A stretch of 64,000 bases of DNA, from NCBI GenBank assembly GCA_002269645.1, contig NIVC01000382.1, forward strand, positions 124,001 through 188,000, written 5' to 3'. Under the pieces are notes generated by a model that saw only the letters and a list, made by a program, of their open reading frames with translations, ran no database searches and was not told where the DNA came from. Made by a program: the position numbers and the translations under genes. Each line of letters begins with the position of its first letter. Within the stretch, counting starts at the first letter, position 1. Below are positions 12,853 through 24,700 of the stretch, one piece after another. Source of the DNA: Macrostomum lignano (Eukaryota).

Positions 12853-13167
12853 TTGTTTGAGCATAATATCAATTTCCGTTTCGTATTTTATAGAACACCA
12901 ATTGTCTTCGCAGTCGGCAGGATAACTTAAACATTCTTTTACTTTTTTCCTAAGTACTTTTATTCGTCTAACCAATCTATCTATTTCAACTTCAATTACT
13001 GTTTCAGCATAAGCAATTGCAGATACTATAAAACGCTTTCTTTTATCCAGCTCGTATCGGATGGGAAACATATCGTCCCCATAATCACTATAAAATAATA
13101 TATCTAATTTTTTATTAATATCTTTCATTTCGCGTTCTTTTGTAACTAGGATCTTTAGTGTCTCCAT
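12823..13167 (-). CDS. Polinton accessory hypothetical protein
   Basis: 114-aa ATG ORF with the same AT-rich composition, packed convergently against polB. Confidence 0.5.
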   Translation of the reverse strand: METLKILVTKEREMKDINKKLDILFYSDYGDDMFPIRYELDKRKRFIVSAIAYAETVIEVEIDRLVRRIKVLRKKVKECLSYPADCEDNWCSIKYETEIDIMLKQLHALVFYKC

Positions 13168-13182
13168 TTTCTTATAAAAAAT

Positions 13183-13485
13183 TTAGTCATCGTCGTCATC
13201 CTCCCAAACGGAAGCCAATTTTATAGTCCTGTCACTCTTTTTATTTTTTGCTTGTTTTAGTTTAAATTGCAACCCGCCGTCCAGGGTGTATTTCATAACA
13301 AAAGTTTTTGGTTTGTTAATAACTAAAACTGGAAAATTTTTAACATCATTCCCGCTTAAGCATAGGACTGTATGACCATCCAATTGTAAAAATATCGATT
13401 GAATTCCAATAAATTTAACCGGTCTCAAACATATAATATCATACTCTTTATTCTCCAACATATTGGGTGTGAGAAAATTAATCAC
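13183..13485 (-). CDS. Polinton small beta-rich protein with acidic C-terminal tail
   Basis: About 100-aa ORF ending WEDDDDD; stops 15 nt before the next ORF's ATG. Confidence 0.5.
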   Translation of the reverse strand: MINFLTPNMLENKEYDIICLRPVKFIGIQSIFLQLDGHTVLCLSGNDVKNFPVLVINKPKTFVMKYTLDGGLQFKLKQAKNKKSDRTIKLASVWEDDDDD

Positions 13486-13541
13486 ATTAGAATCGGTTTT
13501 GAACCAGCGTTCCGTTTTTAATCTAAAAAAATAACAAAAAA

Positions 13542-13787
13542 ATGAAAGACATTTACGAATGTAAAAAATGTAATCTTACTATGAATAGAGGTCAAACAGC
13601 AAACGGAAATATATATCATATGTGTTATTCATGTTCTAAAATATATCAATTTGAAAAAACAAAAAAGATTGAAAACTCATATTACTATTTCAAAAACACA
13701 ATTTTAAGAAATCTTACAAGGGACATTTCTCATCCAATTTTAATTCCCGGAAATAATGTTTATTTATATAATAACTTTTCCGTTTAA
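13542..13787 (+). CDS. Small zinc-ribbon protein
   Basis: 81-aa ATG ORF with CKKC-x17-CYSC. Confidence 0.45.
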   Translation: MKDIYECKKCNLTMNRGQTANGNIYHMCYSCSKIYQFEKTKKIENSYYYFKNTILRNLTRDISHPILIPGNNVYLYNNFSV

Positions 13788-13846
13788 ATAAAGGAAAGGA
13801 ATGAAAGTTCGAAAGACGCTGAAAGGATTTTAATTTTAGTTGGATA

Positions 13847-14410
13847 TTATTTCAATTTTCTTATACGAGAGAATACAAAGTTTATAAGGATAGGCAACAT
13901 ACCTAACGAAATGTTATTGAAAAGGTCATTGGAATTTTTATGTATTAATAAAAAAATTAAACCTAGGATTAGAAGAGAGCTACCACTTTGGGAAGAATAT
14001 ATAACATATGCATTAGAAAAATTAAACAACCTGAAGCTCTACAGTACTACCTGACCGCGGGCTTTGTACTCCCATAGCCATAATTTCCGGCTTGTATTCA
14101 ATAGTTTCTATCGGCGGAGGGTAAGGCTTGTCGAGTCTCAATTCTTTCAATTCAATATCGGTAAAAGTTTCAACATCCAAAATTCTATTTCTATCTTTTA
14201 AATATTTTTCATATAATTCAACCGCTGTTGATAACTCATGAATCGTTATCTCTCCATCATCCAATATTTTTTGCACATATAAATATAACTGGTTTTTATA
14301 TTGTTTTGCAATATCTCTTAGTGATTTATATTTTTCCTTTCGTTTTTCAGATATAATTTAATAGCCAAAAGTATTGATAAGTTTCTGATTAATTCAAAAC
14401 CTGATATTGA
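13847..14410 (-). pseudogene. Polinton accessory ORFs (13847-14029 and 14022-~14410, the latter frameshifted)
   Basis: Reading KRKEKYKSLR...VQKILDDGEITIHEL resembles a Polinton accessory protein type; it is cut upstream by the Helitron at 14423. Confidence 0.4.
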
Positions 14411-15001
14411 ACCAATCATTCATCACAATATACTAAATCTCTAAGATCTGTCTGACCGGTATTCCAGTCTACAGCCTGAATGCCTGAACCGATTTTTTTC
14501 AAACTTGCTTCATTCAATTGCAAATTCTTGTGAGATTGTGTGGGTGTAATTGCATTTAAAAAATTCGAATGGGAAGATGGTTAAATATTCGAAAAACGAG
14601 TTTTTTTAATGCTTTTAATGGGAGGCTAGAAAAGGTCAAAATCTTGACTAACTGAATAGCAATTCCAATTAAGATTGCGCCACAACTTTTCTCTCTTCAT
14701 TGTGTAGTAGGCCTCAGTACTGGATGCAGTAAGGGAGAGGAAAATAATGCTCAGTGGCGGCGTGTGTACATTTTGCTCTGGCTGACTGCATAGACAATTG
14801 CTATTTATAGATTTCACTCAATTGTGCATTGGCTCTGCCTGCACACAACCTGTGCACACTGAGCATCACTGCTCAGCCTATCACTGCTATGTATTTGACT
14901 GCAGTGCCGAAGAATATATGGCTGATTTTTGCGCCCTCCGATCAGTAGGCGGAGTAGCCGCATGTAGGCACTAGGACTAGGTTTAGGCTAGGCATAAGGT
15001 C

Positions 15002-15449
15002 TGTAAGCACTGGAATTGTGCTTACATCGAAGCGAAAAAACAACGGCCTCCTCTCGTCTCAACCGGTTCTATCCAGCCAGACCAGCTCTACACTAAAGGG
15101 CAGATAACAAATCTGAGGTTCGAAGGCCAAGCCAGCAGCCTGCGAACGCGTGACACAGTGGACTCGCAGCAATGCTTGGGGGGGGGGTGATATGGTTGCC
15201 TAACAACGGGACAGAGAAAAATGCTCGAGCGATAACCCTGCCCCGCTCAAACTATGCATTGCTCTTCATTTTGTCAACTAAACCAGTTTGCTTGCTTGAC
15301 TATAAAATACACTGTCTTGAATAATTTGCGGCACAGAGAGAGATTCGGAGATGTGAGCCTCACACTCATAACAGGGCCCTCAGAGGCCAGTGTGTTAGAA
15401 ATTCTTTCTGACTTGTGAGCAGAAGATAACAGGAATAAAAACTGTTATA
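15002..15449 (+). repeat. 5' LTR of the non-coding LTR element
   Basis: TGTAAG...GTTATA; direct repeat of 16328-16772; AATAAA near its 3' end. Confidence 0.92.
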
Positions 15450-16327
15450 TCTGGTTCCCAGACCGTCAGAGTCACGCTAGACAACATCATCCTGCCACAG
15501 GTCAGAAAGAACGTGCTCGATCAAGGTCAGTATAAAGTCAACGAGTCATCTCATCAAGCAAGCAAGAAGACCAAGTTGCAACATGTTTCAACATCATCAG
15601 AAATCGGAGGCCCAACATAACTAATTTGTCCTCAACTAACCGAGATTCTCCAGAGAGCCAAGAGACAATTATCGACGTGGTATGCTTGACGACATTAAGA
15701 CGCGACTGTGACGCATCAAGCCGTTACAAATGTGCAGCCGCCGCTCTACTCGATGCGTTAAATGGTAATCCAAGAGATATCGGTACAAAACCTTTTTATC
15801 TTCTATGCGTGTAGTGCTTAAGTCGGTCAAGGCACAACTTTGGATCGAACAAAACATTTGGCAGTCATTTCTTCGAATTTTTGGCCTACGACTTGGCGTA
15901 CAAAACGGATCAATTGAACAAGTGAGAATTTAAACTCAATTAGTAATACTGCCCAATGCGACGCTGGACGTGCAACCAGGCAAGCCTGATGGAGTTCTGC
16001 AGTAACAGTATTTCAAGATATCCGCGAATTGAAAATTGAGTAACTACTGACGACTACTTCGGGGGAAAAGAGCCCCATGAAAAACACAAACACAAACTGT
16101 ACTGCAAACAGAAGGGACTTGCTGGTTTGTAACTTCTGACAAACGCACCCCGCCCAAACCGACTCAACTGCGACGCACAACCAATCAGCCGACTAACTAG
16201 CTCAACCAGAACAACTAGTGACGAATTCAAGTATGAAACTGCTTATTACAAGGGACGAAGTCACATCGAGAAGCAACGCCTTCGTGTCAGACTGACACGA
16301 GTGTCAGTCTCCAAAAAGGGGAAGATA

Positions 16328-16772
16328 TGTAAGCACTGGAATTGTGCTTACATCGAAGCGAAAAAACAACGGCCTCCTCTCTTCTCAACCGGTTCTATCC
16401 AGCCAGACCAGCTCTACACTAAAGGGCAGATAACAAATCTGAGGTTCGAAGGCCAAGCCAGCAGCCTGCGAACGCGTGACACAGTGGACTCGCAGCAATG
16501 CTTGGGGGGGTGATATGGTTGCCTAACAACGGGACAGAGAAAAATGCTCGAGCGATAACCCTGCCCCGCTCAAACTATGCATTGCTCTTCATTTTGTCAA
16601 CTAAACCAGTTTGCTTGCTTGACTATAAAATACACTGTCTTGAATAATTTGCGGCACAGAGAGAGATTCGGAGATGTGAGCCTCACACTCATAAAAGGGC
16701 CCTCAGAGGCCAGTGTGTTAGAAATTCTTTCTGACTTGTGAGCAGAAGATAACAGGAATAAAAACTGTTATA
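16328..16772 (+). repeat. 3' LTR of the non-coding LTR element
   Basis: Direct repeat of 15002-15449, preceded by a polypurine tract. Confidence 0.92.
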
Positions 16773-17679
16773 AGGTCCAAGGTTCGAGTCCGCCTCCCCA
16801 GCGGATAATTAAAATTAAATAAATTCATTTATTAGTAGCTTCTGCCTCGACTATTTTGAACATTTTTGATTAATTGTAAAAAAATTTTATTAATTACAAT
16901 AATTTATTTTTGCTACTCGCACAAGCCACTAAGCAAATTTGATTTGATTTGTAAAATCCTAAGATCCCATTAATTGTTATTATCTAGGTCTATAGAAGTA
17001 GATATTACTAAACTGCAGGGGATTAAATTACTAAACTGCAGATGATGCTGCTAAACTGCTGAGGTATTGCTAAATGCTGAGTTGCGCAAGACTGCCAATA
17101 TGTATCGAAAATTGATTAGTGCGCCGTCGTAAATGCTGAGCAAATTTTTAAATTATTGAAAAGATCATTGCAGTTTGCTGAGAATACTGAGGGGCCAGCT
17201 GAGAGAACTGCAGACTGCTGAGGGGATAAATGAGAATTATTAAGGAAACACTTGCTGACTGCAAATGAATTGACTGCAGACTGCTGAGGGGAACTGCAGA
17301 TTGTTGAAGGGATCATTGCAGACTGCAAAGGGGACAAACTGCAAACTGCTGACGTTGGTTAGTTTCTCGAGACTTATGAGCGTATAAGCTGCAAACTGCC
17401 AAGGGGATAGCTGCAGACTGCTAGCATAATAATGGCAGACTTCTGAGGCGGATATTTAACTGTGAATAATTGTAGCTTGCAGAAGGGACAATTCTGGGTC
17501 CCTGAGGGATAAATGAATAATAATAATAAAAGTTGTAGAGTGCAAATGAGTTGTATGACTGCAGTCTGTTTTGCGGAATTAGAAGGGATAATTTCAGGTT
17601 GTTGTGGGGATAACTGCCAATTTCTGGGGAGGGTTTAACTTTAAACTTCTGATAGTAGTCGCCTTTTAGCAGTTTGGGA

Positions 17680-18490
17680 GTGGTGCTAATCTGGGGAGCG
17701 GTGCTAATCTAAGGGAGTGGGGCTAATATATAGGAGTGGGGGGGCTAATCTGGGGGATTGGGGCTGATCTGGAGGAAGTAGCGGTGTGAATTTTTGCGGA
17801 GTGGTGCGAATCTGGAAAAGTAGTGCTAATCTGGGAAGGTGAAACTATCTGGGAAGCGGCGGTAATCTGTGGAGCGGTGCTAATCTAGGCTGAGTGCTAA
17901 TCTGGGCTGAGTGCTAATCTGGGCTGAGTGCTAATCTGGGCTAAGTGCTAATCTGGGCTGAGGCTAATCTAGGCTGAGTGCTAATCTAGGCTGAGTGCTG
18001 ATATAGGCTGAGTGCTAATCTAGGCTGAGTGCTAATCTAGGCTGAGTGCTAATCTAGGCTGAGTGCTAATCTAGGCTGAGTGCTAATCTAGGCTGAGTGC
18101 TGATATAGGCTGAGTGCTAATCTGGGCTGAGTGCTAATCTGGGCTGAGTGCTAATCTAGGCTGAGTGCTGATCTAGGCTGAGTGCTGATATAGGCTGAGT
18201 GCTGATATAGGCTGAGTGCTAATCTAGGCTGAGTGCTAATCTAGGCTGAGTGCTGATATAGGCTGAGTGCTGATATAGGCTGAGTGCTAATCTAGGCTGA
18301 GTGCTAATCTGGGCGCAGTGCTAATCTAGGCTGAGTGCTAATCTAGGCTGAGTGCTAATCTGGGCTGAGTGCTAATCTGGGCTGAGTGCTAATCTGGGCG
18401 CAGTGCTAATCTGGGCGTAGTGCTAATCTGGGGGAAGTGGGGCTAATCTGGGGGTGTAGGGCTAATGTGGGAGAATGGTGCTAATCTGGT
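17680..18490. repeat. 17-bp minisatellite (GCTGAGTGCTAATCT[A/G]G)n inside Helitron A
   Basis: Regular tandem core at about 17878-18430 with degenerate flanks. Confidence 0.95.
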
Positions 18491-18728
18491 GAGGATTTGA
18501 AAATAATGAATAATCATAAAAGAACTATAAATGAATTGACATTGCAAAGTTTCAAACATTAAGAAATGTAACTTTTTAGAACTTTTTAGTCTCAGTAAAA
18601 TTGGTGTACAACTGCTTAGAGATTTGCAACTGCAGAACTTCTCGGAGATTAGTGAGATTTGCTCAGCGACAAGCGTATACAAGCGCTAAACTGCTAAGAA
18701 GCCACCCGGAGGGGGGCTAAATGGCTAG

Positions 18729-21700
18729 TCCTATATACTAAAAATGAGTTGTCTGTATGTATGTGGGTAGGTATGCGATAGATTTCAGAAAAAATTGGCT
18801 CAACCGATTTTCTTCAAACTTGCACCATTCGATCAGAAATTTTCCTGGGACGGTACATGCATCTTGGCTAAGAAATTGCTCAATTTTAAAGGGATTAAAT
18901 ATTCGAAAAACCTGCTTTTTTGCAAAGGTCAAGCAGCTCTTTCGACCTAAAATTCATTGTAAGAATGCTAGAGAAAAAACTGACTGACTGAATTCTGATT
19001 GTGATAAAGATTGCATAACAGCTGAATTGTACCTCCGCCTTGAATTGCGTCACAGTGTTGAAAACACTGTGTAGAAGCATATTACGAGACTTGATTTAGA
19101 CTGCGTAACCATACTGACCGATTGAAAAATCGATTATGTCATAACTGCTTCGTGCTCATCTTATAGTGTAATTTTTGTTAAACATAAAAGAAAGAAGAAG
19201 CGTCATGACAAACCTAAAAAATGCTAGCGTCGAGGCTTACTAATTCAGAACCACAGTGTCATAAAAATCGTAAAAGAAGTGTCATTTTAAGCATGAAAAG
19301 TTCCTGTAAAGCATAGAAGAAGCGCGAATATTCGAATAACACACATGCCTTTCTGCAAGGGTCAAGCAGAACTTCCTACTGTGAGCCATTCTTATTGGAA
19401 TTGAACTTTGCAGCGCCCAGTAAAGTAGTATTTTTTGTCGCCAGGCTAGAGAACTATAAATGTAGACTGCGAGAAAAGATTGTACATTATAAAATGTCCC
19501 CGTGCACAATTGACATACTAACTTTAAATGCTGGAGAGAGGGAGAGTGAGAGAGTGAAATACATGCACATATATACAGTATCTAATTGATTCACAATATA
19601 CGAACCATGTTGAGACTGACCCTCCAAAATGAAATAAAACCGTCTGATTAAAAAAAAGTCCAAAAGTGCCACAGAGATAGATGTACATTGGCTACTGAGG
19701 CTTGCGCCTCCTTCAGAAAATTTATCTGAATCCTTTCACATAGTTAGAGTTAGGTGTTTTAGAGAGAGTATTGAATAATAAAAAGAGTCCTGACCAATTA
19801 GCAAGCGGGTATTGGAGAGAATTTAGGCTTGCTGTACACACTGACAGTCTAACAGTGTACAAATGGTGTCCAGCTTTTTGGGATCGGGTGGTTGCTGAGT
19901 TTAAAACGCGTGACATTATAGACTTCATACCTTTCTCTTTTCTCGCACACAACCCCTACTATCCTTTCTTTTCATTATAACTCAAAATTCTTATCTTTCA
20001 ATTTGAATTCCAATATGGCTCGACGTGGCACCAGCGCATTGAAGAAGAGCAGAGATGCCAAGAAGAAGCGTCAGCAAAAGAGTGCCGTTGAGCGAGAGGA
20101 GCGGCTGGCTGGACTGCGGCAGCAGAAGAATGAGCGAACGGCCATGGAGACTGACGCACAGCGAGAAGAGCGGTTGGCTGGACTGCGGCAGCAGAAGGCT
20201 GAGCGAACGGCCATGGAGACTGACGCGCAGCGAGAAGAGCGGCTGGCTGGACACCGGCAGCAGGAGGCTGAGCTAAGGGCAACGGAAACAGACGCTCAGC
20301 GAGAAGAGCGCCTGACGAGACTCCGGCAGGAAAATGCTGAGCGAAGGGCAACGGAAACAGACGCTCAGCGAGAAGAGCGCCTGACGAGACTCCAGCAGGA
20401 AAATGCTGAGCGAAGGGCAACGGAAACAGACGCTCAGCGAGAAGAGCGTAGATCTGGAGACAGAACTCGTGCGGAGAAGCGACGCGCTTCAGAAACCGAA
20501 GAGCAACGAAGAGCTCGAGTGGAAGCCGAGCAAATTCGCCGTCGAGGAGTGTCGGCTGGCAGGTAGGATGACATTTTAATTGGAGCTATATATTTTATAG
20601 CTATATAAAATCCAAGTGCCCATTGTGCCTAATTCGGGGTATTTTCTATCTTAGCTGATGTTTTATTGGTACTTGGGCATATAATTAAAAACTGGAATCT
20701 GTTTCGTGCATTTTTTCTCATCTTTTCAAGTCGATTGCTTTCCAAGAGTTTTATTTAAGAGATCAGTATAGAATAGCATAAAATTTATTCGTCACTACTT
20801 TAATTACCGGCAAATGAAGTTGTGTATAATTTTTTCCTATATTCCAGGTTTGATAGTAGTGAGTTGGCCACACCGTCTGTGGTACCTTTTGATGCGTTGC
20901 GCATAATTCGCATTCCTGGTGATGGGAACTGTTTTTTTTATGCAGTCTGTGATCAGTTGCAGGGCACTCCACTTGAGACCGATGCGGCATCTTTAAGACA
21001 CGAGCTGACGAGCCGTGTAGTGCAGATTATGCCAGAATTGATTGAACAAGGCTTTGTTTTGCCAGAAAATGCTGATTTCATTGTTGATTCCTCTTTTTCT
21101 GAAGGCACATATGTGCCTGATGAAGTTGTTCCGCTTTTAAGCCGTTGTTTTAATGTTGATCTGGTGATTTATCAAGAAAACGGCACTGTACTGCAGTACT
21201 GTATGTCCCCTTTGCAGCCACCGATTGCAATCGTCCGAATTCTTTTGCGTCATGAGCATTATGAGTCATTGCGATTTGCTAATCCGATTCCAGTTTCTGA
21301 GCCCATTGTAGATGCAGAGGAGCCAAGATTAACTCAGCAGAGTGCAGGTCATTTTGGCGCAAGACCTGCTCAAGAGAGGTAGGTCATTGGTGTGACTGGT
21401 CATCATAATTTATTTGTGATCGAACTCAAGTTGTTTTATTCCAATAATTTTTTTTGTAAACTGAAAGATTAACTGGGAAAACTGTTTGCCATTAATCCTT
21501 CCTAATCCTAATCCTTCCAATCACAGGCAAGAACGGATTATCAGGCCTGAAGCGCCAGCCCATAACTGTGGCCCAATGGACAGAGCATGCGACCAATGCG
21601 GTGCATTACTTTGGTGCTCTGAGACGAGGAATTTCTGCTGCGCCAAAGGCAAGGTGCAGCTGCCCAGCCGCACCGTGCCTCAAGTGCTGGCGGATCTGTA

Positions 21701-24700
21701 CCTGGGGCGGCACAGACTGAGTGCCGAGTTCCTGACCAACATTCGGAGTTACAACTCGGCGCTGCACCTGACATCGCTGGGTGCCAAACTGCGGTTGGTG
21801 CCAGGCTGGTGTCCCAGCTTCATCATCAGCGGCCAGTTGCATCACAACACGGCGCCGCTATTTGCAGAGGATTCAGCTGAGCCCCATGGCTGGCAGGTGT
21901 ATTTCAATGATCGCGAACTTGAAAGCCGCCAGAGTCTCAGCCAGAAGGTGAAGCCGGAGCTACTGGAGCTATTGCAGACGCTGCTTCACGAGTGCAACGG
22001 CTATGTCCGCAGCCTGAGGGCAGTCGCTCATCGAATCAGTCAAGATCCGGAGTTGGGAGATGCGCGAATCGTGATTCACCCTGACCGTCGACCATCTGGG
22101 GAACACATTCGGTATGTCTGCAAGACATTCTAATAAGATATTTTGCGTAATAACTTATCCAATTATCCAATTTGTACAGACTCTGTATCCCACAAACTCC
22201 GTTCAAAATCAGGCGCTACAACTTGCCTACGGCGAACGAGGTCGGTATCCTGATTGTGGAGGACAATGAGAACACACCGGCCAGTCGGGACGTCGTGATT
22301 CAACTGCGTGGTGGCGGTTCCCAGAGAATCAGCGAGACGCACCGCTCATATGACCCGCTGGAGTATGTGCTGCTGTTCCCGAATGGCGAAGATGGCTGGC
22401 ACCCGGAGTTGCTGATGAGTAATGGCAAGAAATTGACGCCCATGAAATACTATGCGAGCGAAATCATGGTGCGAGCGGGCCAGTTCAGTGTGCTGCACTA
22501 TGGCCGAAGATTATTTCAGCAGTACTTGGTGGACATGTGTGCCAAGATTGAGGCAGAGAGGCTGCTGTATTTGCGGACCCATCAGCAGGACCTGCGCAGC
22601 GAGACATACAGCGGTCTGCGGGACGCTTTGTTTGCGGCTGATGGCAGGTCTACCGACAGAGATCCGAGTGACATAGGCAAGCCCGCGCATGTGCTTCTGT
22701 CTTCGAGCTTCGTTGGCGGGCCAAGGTACCTGATGGAGAGGCTACAGGACGCTATGACCTATATTCACAAGTTCGGTAAGCCGGACCTGTTTGTCACCGC
22801 AACGTGCAATCCAAAATGGCCGGAGATCAGCGCTCAGCTGCTGCCTGGACAGCGGGCAGAAGACCGGCCGGACATTGTTAGCCGAGTCTTTGAAATGAAG
22901 AAGAAAGCTCTTCTGGCCCAGTTGACCAAGCGCTATGGGAAAGAGGCCGCTCACGTTTGCTCACTGGAGTACCAGAAGCGTGGTGAGTAAAAATTCTGAC
23001 TTGCAAGAATCAAAGTTTTAAGATTTATTAAAATTTAGATTTACAAAGGTTTTGTGATATTTTTTAATACTTTTTTGACGCTCCAGGTCTTCTCCATGTG
23101 CACTTTCTGCTGTGGCTCGTGAGCGGTCAGCGAGTGACTCCGGACCGATACGATGACATCGTGTCTGCCGAGATTCCGGACCCAGAGCAGCAGCCTGTGC
23201 TGTATGAGCTGGTGAAGACGCACATGATCCATGGCCCCTGCGGCAAGGAGAATCCGGCGTGTCCTTGCATGGAGAATTGCGAATGCAGCAAGGGCTTTCC
23301 GAAAGAGTTCCAGCAGGTGACGCTGACCAGCGATACTGGCTACCCACTGTACCGCAGACTGTCGCCTGAGATGGGCGGATTTACAGTGGACAAACTGTTC
23401 AAAGGCCGGAGCATTTGCATGGACAACAGGGAAGTTCAAACGCTAATATATTGCTTAGTTGTGCATTGCAGCTTTTGTTTCTGAAAGTTAAAGATATTAT
23501 TTTTTCATTAAAACAGGTGGGTCGTTCCGTACAGCCCTGACCTGTTACTCCAGTTTGCGTGCCACTTGAACGTCGAAGTTTGCGCCACTGTAAAGTCGGT
23601 CAAGTACGTGATCAAGTACCTGTTAAAGGGTGGCGACATGGCGACGTTCAAAGTCGATGCCAATAGGAATTCTACTGAACCGAGAGAGCAGGCAGTGGGT
23701 GACCAGCAGCCGACGCAAACGACAGGAAATAAGCCGCGTGATGAGATTAAGGAGTACCTGTCCGCGCGCTACATTGGTCCAATGGAAGCCGTGAATACTA
23801 TCTTGGGCTTTGAAGTAATTCGCATTCTAATTATTATTGGCTCATTTTAACCAGAGCTGTGAAACCTCGTCATAGTATAAATTGAATTTCCATCGAAACT
23901 TAAAGGCTGTATATTTTCCTTTCACTTTCTGATCAGGTGCACAACAGGTTTCCGGCGGTCATCCGACTCTGCGTTCACAAGTCGGAAGAGCAGCTCGTGT
24001 ATTTCAACGAGGGGACCGCAAGAGCAAAAGCGAGAACGCCGAAGTATTCGACGTTGACGGCATTTTTCAAGCTGTGCCGTATTGACGAATTTGCTGGGTC
24101 CTTGCTCTACACGGAGGTGCCGTCCTACTTCGTGTGGCACTCCAGCGAAAGAGAGTGGCGGCGGGCCAAGCAGGGTGTGCGAGTCGATGGCCATCCGGGT
24201 GTAGTGCGGAACAAAAACGTTGCACGCATGTACACGGTGAGTCCAAGAGCAGGTGATTTATTTTATGTTCGAATGCTCCTTTTGAATGTTAGGGGACCGA
24301 CTAGCTTCGAGGCGCTGCAGACCGTGGACGGCGTTGTGCATCCGAGCGCCAAGGCTGCTTGCATGGCCCTTGGCCTGCTGCAGCGAGATGATCACTGGCG
24401 GCGGTGTCTAGCTGAGGCCGTTCAGTCAAGAATGCCAAGAGCCCTGAGACATCTTCTGGCCGTAATTCTCATATGGGGTGAGCCTGAGGATGGCAGCGAC
24501 CTCTGGTGCAGTTTTGCCGAGTATCTCAGCGAGGACCTGCGGTTTCACCACCGAGACTTGAGCACCGAGGAGATTACTGACCTGGCGCTGCGTGAGCTTC
24601 AGAGCATGCTGATCTCCATGGGCGGGAGAAGCCTGCCAGAGTACGGCCTGCCTGCGGCCTCCGTGACACCTCAAGATGGACCAATGCAGTTTGATACGGT

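Larger units (their letters stand above)
7153..14422 (+). mobile_element. Truncated Polinton/Maverick (adintovirus-like) element, left part
   Basis: Begins with AGTAGT at 7153, followed by a terminal hairpin and AT-rich, intronless, tightly packed ORFs including protein-primed PolB. Ends where a Helitron head starts (A|TC at 14422/14423). No integrase, capsid, ATPase or protease gene in the window. Confidence 0.85.
15002..16772 (+). mobile_element. Non-autonomous LTR retroelement (TRIM/LARD-like), 1771 bp
   Basis: LTRs at 15002-15449 and 16328-16772 differ by 2 substitutions plus G-run length. 5-bp TSD AGGTC at 14997-15001 and 16773-16777; PBS TGGTTCCCAGACCG at 15452-15465; PPT at 16313-16325; no recognisable internal coding region. 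Confidence 0.92.
14423..18728 (+). mobile_element. Non-autonomous Helitron (element A), diverged relative of the 18729 and 54-64 kb elements
   Basis: 5' A|TCACAATATACTAAA. Head blocks GAACCGATTTTTTTCAAACTTGC and TTAAATATTCGAAAAAC match the 18729 head. 3' end has hairpin GCCACCCGGAGGGGGGC and CTAG at 18725-18728. Confidence 0.75.
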
